From positions 4,593-68,592 of the forward strand of contig CAYURD010000008.1 of the NCBI GenBank assembly GCA_964446865.1: a DNA stretch of 64,000 nt, written 5' to 3'. Of the stretch, positions 58,786-64,000 are shown one piece after another. The notes under the pieces were generated by a model. That model was not told the DNA's origin, ran no database searches, and saw only the letters and a program-made list of their open reading frames with translations. This DNA comes from an uncultured Glaciecola sp. (GTDB lineage Bacteria > Pseudomonadota > Gammaproteobacteria > Enterobacterales > Alteromonadaceae). The translations under genes were made by a program, and so were the position numbers. The number at the start of each line of letters is the position of its first letter. Positions within the stretch are counted from its first letter, which is position 1.

Positions 58786-59991
58786 TTAGGGTTTATTTGC
58801 TTTGACCGCATGGCCATTCTTTACGTTGTTAAATATCAATGCCTGCCAACGACCACGTGAAAATGCCGTTGCGTCACCTTCAGGAATTTTGCCATTGGTA
58901 ACAGCGGTAGATTCTACAACAAAGATATCACCTTCTTTGGCGTTAACATCATTCATTGTGAAGAAGTTCTCATCGTAATCGATAGATGTTTCAGGATTTG
59001 TGAATTCGCCGATAAGCTTACCGTTATGCAATATACGATAACTTGATTCACCATCTATTTCACCTAATGTAACAAGTGTGAGGTTATAAATACCGTCTCG
59101 CTGTGGTTTCCAAAGTAAGCTGGCTGGCACTAATTTTTCTCGAGCAGCTTTTATATCGGCTCTAATGGCAAATGCTGAGCGATCCTCGTCGAAATAAGCA
59201 GGGTCAGAAAAGGTAAAGTCGGTATTGGGCTGCATGATATAGTTGAAGTTTTGCACATATAGATATTCTGTTTTTGATGGCGCTTTGTCTTGCACACTTA
59301 GCGTTCTTTGTGGGCCATAGCCAGAAGGGACAAAGGTTTTATCTTTACTGAGAATTATTTTGTCTAGCTCAACACCGTCTTCCCGCATTGATAGATGCAA
59401 AGTATGAATACCAGGTTTGTCGACCAAAATTTCAAGAGTATGTTGCTCACCGCAATGATTACTAGGTCGACGTTGAGCAGAAGACCACGTCCACTCATAC
59501 TTGCCTTCGCAAAATTGCAGACGGCTGCTACTTTCAGGCCATTGACCGTCCAAACCAAAATGCACACCGTTATCTTCTTTGCCTGTACTAAATGCGCGTG
59601 CCCAAATGGTATAAGTGCCTGGGTTGTTAAAATAAACGGGGTAAGACAAGATTGCCATTTCACCGGGCGTGTTAGTAAAATTCTCACCCTCAATTAGAGG
59701 ATGATCATGATTTACACGGTTATCTGGTAAAAGTTCGATGTACGCTTTACCGCTAGCTCCCTGAACATGCATCTCGTCGGCATCCATCATATTATGAGGT
59801 GGAGTTTGCGCATCAAAAAGGTACCAACGCCTTATCTTATCTTTTGCTTGATGACTAAAGTCCTCTGCCTCTATCACAAGAAGGCCGTTTTTTTCTATGT
59901 AGTTAAGCGTTTTGGCATTGCCAAAAGATGGAATGGCTATTACTAGTATCGACACCATCAAGGTGATTACGCCTTTTATATATGGATTCAT
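58786..59991 (-). CDS. Exported hypothetical protein with two beta-sandwich (CBM-like) domains
   Basis: Signal peptide; EKNGLLVIEAEDF, GTYTIWAR, MREDGVELDKIIL. Confidence 0.7.
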   Translation of the reverse strand: MNPYIKGVITLMVSILVIAIPSFGNAKTLNYIEKNGLLVIEAEDFSHQAKDKIRRWYLFDAQTPPHNMMDADEMHVQGASGKAYIELLPDNRVNHDHPLIEGENFTNTPGEMAILSYPVYFNNPGTYTIWARAFSTGKEDNGVHFGLDGQWPESSSRLQFCEGKYEWTWSSAQRRPSNHCGEQHTLEILVDKPGIHTLHLSMREDGVELDKIILSKDKTFVPSGYGPQRTLSVQDKAPSKTEYLYVQNFNYIMQPNTDFTFSDPAYFDEDRSAFAIRADIKAAREKLVPASLLWKPQRDGIYNLTLVTLGEIDGESSYRILHNGKLIGEFTNPETSIDYDENFFTMNDVNAKEGDIFVVESTAVTNGKIPEGDATAFSRGRWQALIFNNVKNGHAVKANKP

Positions 59992-60057
59992 AAGTCTTTC
60001 TATCGCCTATTAAATGTTGAAACGTAAACCCTATTATCAGGTAAACACTTCTTCTGA

Positions 60058-61623
60058 TTAATCTGTTTTAAATTTCGCGTACATCGCGCTTAAATCTAGT
60101 TCATCTTCAACCTTATCTTGAAGCGCGATCAAGTCCGAAAAGAGTCTTGATATTGTTTGGCTGTGCTTACCATTGATGGCAAGATCATTCATTTCAAGTG
60201 GGTCTTCGTTTAAGTCAAATAATTTCACCTTATTTGCTTTTGGGTAAACGATTAACTTAAATCCATCTTTTTTTATCATTCTTTGGTTGTCAATATAGGC
60301 ACCATAAATAGACTCGTAGTGGCTCGTTTTTGACTTCCCTTTTGCCAAGTCTATGATGGAATTAAAAAATACATAATCTGGCTTGGTTACGCCGGCTAGT
60401 TCTAGCGTCGTCGCCATTGCATCTTGCAGGTAAATATCGGCGTCGATGGTTTGTCCGCCTTCTATCCCAGGTCCCCAGATAATGAAAGGCGCAATAACAC
60501 TTTCTTCGTACATTGTTTGCTTGCCAAACAGGCCTCGTTCTCCCACCGCTAAGCCGTGGTCTGCTGTATATATGATGTAGGTGTTTTCCATCTTTGTGCT
60601 GTTTTTTAACGCGTTTAATATTTCCCCTACCTGTGTGTCTAAGTGACTAATAATGGCGTAGTACTCTTTTAGGTGAACACGGGTTGCGTATTGCGTCCGT
60701 GGAAACGGAGCCAATGCAGCATCGCGTAAGCTTGGGCCATTTCCTATTGCCATTTTATCAGCATAGTCTGCTTGCCAATTACTAGGTATCTCTAGTGCTT
60801 CTGCATCGTACATGTCTTGATATGCCTGAGGAGCCTGCCTAGGATCATGAGGTGCGTTAAACGCAACATACATAAAAAACGGTTTGTCACTATTTTTTGA
60901 GCGTTCGATAAAGTCGAGGGTGTCATCTTTTATCACTTCACTCCAATGCTTACCTCCTTCATAAAAGCCACCGTATGCAGGGTCTGTTGGTGACCAACTA
61001 TTGTCATTTTTACTTTTTGGACGGTTGTACCCAACAGGCATAAATTCTTCAAACGAAGCATATGTGGTTTCGCCTGCGTAAAAAGCGTCAAATAAGCCTT
61101 CCATAGTCGCGTGGTCCCAATAATCATTTGGCATGCCAGGACGAATATGTTGGCTTGTCCCAAATACTCGTTCAGCATTGGCCGACACATGCCACTTTCC
61201 TGTCATATAGGTATCGTAGCCTTGCGCCTCTAGCAATTTTGCCCAAGTGGTATTGATATATTTATCTTTCCCAAGCACCTTATCTATTCGATGCGCTTCC
61301 CATAATGAACGACCAGAATTGAGCATTGCCCTAGAAGCCTGACAAACCGCACCATTCCAAGCCCCCATGTTATGGGCTTGACTAAAGTTCACCCCTTTTT
61401 GTGCCAAAAAGTCTAAGTTAGGCGTTTTGATTTGTTTATTGCCATAGGCACCGACGGTTTTTCTGGACTGATCATCGGCGATAATAAACAAAATATTGGG
61501 TTGACGATCAGATCTTTGGATAGAGGAATCGTCAAGCCCATTGTCAATATATAATGGTTTTTCTGGCTCACTAGAACAAGCTGCCAGCGCGACAACTATG
61601 CACAATATAATGATGGTCTTCAT
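60058..61623 (-). CDS. S1 (formylglycine-dependent) sulfatase, lipoprotein
   Basis: Lipobox LAAC; PNILFIIADD, TPNLD, CQASR, GKWH, APHDP, ADHG, GKQTMYE. Confidence 0.93.
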   Translation of the reverse strand: MKTIIILCIVVALAACSSEPEKPLYIDNGLDDSSIQRSDRQPNILFIIADDQSRKTVGAYGNKQIKTPNLDFLAQKGVNFSQAHNMGAWNGAVCQASRAMLNSGRSLWEAHRIDKVLGKDKYINTTWAKLLEAQGYDTYMTGKWHVSANAERVFGTSQHIRPGMPNDYWDHATMEGLFDAFYAGETTYASFEEFMPVGYNRPKSKNDNSWSPTDPAYGGFYEGGKHWSEVIKDDTLDFIERSKNSDKPFFMYVAFNAPHDPRQAPQAYQDMYDAEALEIPSNWQADYADKMAIGNGPSLRDAALAPFPRTQYATRVHLKEYYAIISHLDTQVGEILNALKNSTKMENTYIIYTADHGLAVGERGLFGKQTMYEESVIAPFIIWGPGIEGGQTIDADIYLQDAMATTLELAGVTKPDYVFFNSIIDLAKGKSKTSHYESIYGAYIDNQRMIKKDGFKLIVYPKANKVKLFDLNEDPLEMNDLAINGKHSQTISRLFSDLIALQDKVEDELDLSAMYAKFKTD

Positions 61624-61631
61624 AAAAATCC

Positions 61632-64000
61632 TTATTCTGCAGAGCGTTTAACGTTAATTTGGATAGTATTTGAGCTTAACTGTTCAGAGTAAGCACTTAT
61701 TTTAATTACGCCTTTGTCCACTTGTTTACTTCTCACGATTAACATCGCCTTACCATTAAACGCACGTCGGTAATCGGCTTGAAAAGGTGAAAGAGTTGCA
61801 GAATCACCGTTGCCTACAGCGGCAATTTCACCTGCACCTTCAACAAAAAATCGTACCAAATTGTCGGCTGTTGGCACGATATTGCCATCTTTGTCTTTAA
61901 TAAGCACGCTTACATAAGACAAATCATAACCATCGGCATCTATTTCATTGCGGTCAGCAACTAATTCAACCTGCGTAGGGGTGGATGCAGTTTTAATTAC
62001 TTTCTCTGCCACCTTTACTCCTTTCGTGTAGGCCACTACTTTTAATTCTCCGGGATGATATTTTACGTCCCAGCGCAGTCGATATGGTGAAGCGTAATCG
62101 CTATCGCCTTGCTCTTTCCATTTAGAAAAGTCGATGGGAATAGTTGCTTTATCCACACCTTTTGTTTTAATTCCCATTGATTTACCGTTCACAAACAACT
62201 CAACTTTTTCGGCGTTGGTATACGCAAATACCGGAATCGTTTGGCCAATCTTATTCTCCCAATTCCAATGGGGCAATACGTGCACCATTGGCTGTAAAGT
62301 CCATTGACTTTGATACAAATAAAATCGATCTTTTGGATACCCAACTAAATCGACAGCGCCAAAAGACGAACTGCGAACTGGCCAGTCAGCATTCCAATAT
62401 CCATCCGCGCTGTGATCTCTTCCACCATAGGGAGTAGGCTCTCCTAAGTAATCGAAACCTGTCCAAATATATTCTCCCATTACCGCTGGGGTTTTGGCTA
62501 AATATTCAAATTCAATATCTGGAGGGTAAGCCCATACGGGACCAATGATATCGTAGCTGGTGACATATCTAGACGGATGTGTATTGTATTTTTCTATTGG
62601 GAAATGATAAACACCTCTAGTGCTAGTGATTGATGAGGTTTCACTTGCGACCAAAGGCCACTTTGGATGATCTTGATGTCTTTTAGTATAGCTTAATGGT
62701 TTATAGTTTAAGCCTACTATATCGACTGCATCAGCCAAACCATTGTCAATGGCGCCTTGAGGGTTATTAAAGCCTGCCGCAGTGAGTCGACTAGGATCAA
62801 CTTTTCTAGCAATAGCCATTAAAGATTCAGCGACCTCCCCTCCACCCTTTTGTCCTTGCTCCATGATCTCATTACCAATACTCCACATGATTACAGATGG
62901 GTTGTTCCGATTTTGAATAATCATGTCACTTAAGTCTCGTTCGTGCCATTCATCAAAATATACTTGGTAACCGTTTACAACGGTGCGTTTTTCTTTTTTC
63001 CACACATCAAAGGCTTCTACTTGCAACAAAACACCCATTTCGTCTGCCTTTGCGACAAGTTCTGGTGAAGGAGGGTTGTGTGAAGTGCGCACTGAATTGG
63101 CCCCCATATCTTGCATAATGCTTAACTTACGCTCTACGGCTCTTGAGTTAATGGCAGCGCCTAGAGGTCCATTGTCGTGGTGTAAGCAAACGCCTTGAAT
63201 TTGGACTCTTCGCCCATTTAGCCAAAACCCATCGTCGGGTTTAAATTCAAGTGTCCGGATCCCAAGAGGTGTAGTGTATTGGTCAACCAATGTATTGTTT
63301 CGATATATTTCACTAATAACACTGTAAAGATAAGGAGAATTGATATCCCATAACTTAGGCTGTTTAACCACTAACTGCTGATCAACAATGTGCTCGTTAA
63401 TTTTGCTATTTTGTGCAAGCTTGACGGTATCTTTCGCTATGACATTTTTTGCTTTATCGACAATAGTGGTGCGCAACAAAATGTTACCGTCGTTGTTACC
63501 ATTTATGACTGAGCTTTGAATGTTAACCAAAGCCTCTTGCTCAGTTATACGTGGCGTTGTCACATAAGTACCCCACTTTTTGATATGGGCGGGGTCATTA
63601 ATTTCTAGCCATGTATTGCGGTATAGACCGGCTCCAGGATACCAACGAGTGGCAAAGTTTTTAGGCGAAAGTCTAACAGCAATAACATTGCCTTTTTCAG
63701 AAAAGTCTAAATAAGGACTTAAATCAAACTGGAAACCAATGTACCCGAAAGGTCGGTGACCTAAAAATGTTCCATTGAGATAAACATGGGCATCGTACAT
63801 AGCACCGTCAAAGGTTAACGAGATGGTTTTTTGTTTGTCAGATGGAGAAATGACAAAATGTTTGCGATACCAGCCTGTGCCAAAAACGGGTAAACCGCCG
63901 TTACGAGCATTGTATTTGTCTTCAAATGGCCCCTCGATTGCCCAGTCGTGAGGAAGCGAAAGTTGGCGCCAATGTTTATCATCCAAATCGACTGATTCGC
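61632..64000 (-). CDS. GH2 beta-galactosidase (5' end lies outside the window)
   Basis: Frame stays open to the window edge; LPHDW, QGVCLHHD, RTSHNPP, WSIGNE, SETSS, WTGFDYLGEPTPY. Confidence 0.93.
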   Translation of the reverse strand, partial: ESVDLDDKHWRQLSLPHDWAIEGPFEDKYNARNGGLPVFGTGWYRKHFVISPSDKQKTISLTFDGAMYDAHVYLNGTFLGHRPFGYIGFQFDLSPYLDFSEKGNVIAVRLSPKNFATRWYPGAGLYRNTWLEINDPAHIKKWGTYVTTPRITEQEALVNIQSSVINGNNDGNILLRTTIVDKAKNVIAKDTVKLAQNSKINEHIVDQQLVVKQPKLWDINSPYLYSVISEIYRNNTLVDQYTTPLGIRTLEFKPDDGFWLNGRRVQIQGVCLHHDNGPLGAAINSRAVERKLSIMQDMGANSVRTSHNPPSPELVAKADEMGVLLQVEAFDVWKKEKRTVVNGYQVYFDEWHERDLSDMIIQNRNNPSVIMWSIGNEIMEQGQKGGGEVAESLMAIARKVDPSRLTAAGFNNPQGAIDNGLADAVDIVGLNYKPLSYTKRHQDHPKWPLVASETSSITSTRGVYHFPIEKYNTHPSRYVTSYDIIGPVWAYPPDIEFEYLAKTPAVMGEYIWTGFDYLGEPTPYGGRDHSADGYWNADWPVRSSSFGAVDLVGYPKDRFYLYQSQWTLQPMVHVLPHWNWENKIGQTIPVFAYTNAEKVELFVNGKSMGIKTKGVDKATIPIDFSKWKEQGDSDYASPYRLRWDVKYHPGELKVVAYTKGVKVAEKVIKTASTPTQVELVADRNEIDADGYDLSYVSVLIKDKDGNIVPTADNLVRFFVEGAGEIAAVGNGDSATLSPFQADYRRAFNGKAMLIVRSKQVDKGVIKISAYSEQLSSNTIQINVKRSAE

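Noticed and set aside
599-63198. Many 60-150 aa ORFs in the track that are antisense or out of frame to long genes
   Set aside because: All are nested in well-supported CDSs and show no motifs; treated as shadow ORFs.
1-64000. CRISPR arrays, IS elements, prophage, tRNA/rRNA, defence systems
   Set aside because: No spaced repeats, transposase/integrase motifs or structural RNA signatures seen by eye.

Overview
Gene-dense, roughly 40% GC (estimated by eye) stretch from a marine gammaproteobacterium, probably Alteromonadaceae-like (inferred from gene content). It is dominated by glycan and sugar-acid utilisation. From left to right: (1) exported hydrolases (Ntn acylase, pectin-acetylesterase-like lipoprotein, EcxA-type metalloprotease, MBL hydrolase); (2) pagL-like gene, cupin-AraC regulator and glutaredoxin; (3) DUF1080 divergent from GH2::DUF1080, cytochrome c and a beta-propeller; (4) a minus-strand red-algal-galactan operon (PEP-CTERM-like, GH86, esterase, two GH29, NTF2, DUF1593); (5) a GH129-like gene; (6) an unusual otnK-otnC-ABM / gntR-leuB-like-tctCBA-Gfo/Idh/MocA-lactonase cluster lacking the canonical ltnD/denD/otnI genes, the best candidate for an undescribed pathway; (7) TonB receptor-SapC-JmjC cupin-flavin halogenase module; (8) an aldonate Entner-Doudoroff operon; (9) DUF5060 protein, sulfatase and a second GH2. 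Non-coding signals read directly from the sequence include three families of shared operator-like motifs and a GU-rich hairpin downstream of the TonB receptor that is complementary to the receptor's own 5' leader. No rRNA, tRNA, IS element or CRISPR array was seen. All family calls come from motif recognition, not database searches.
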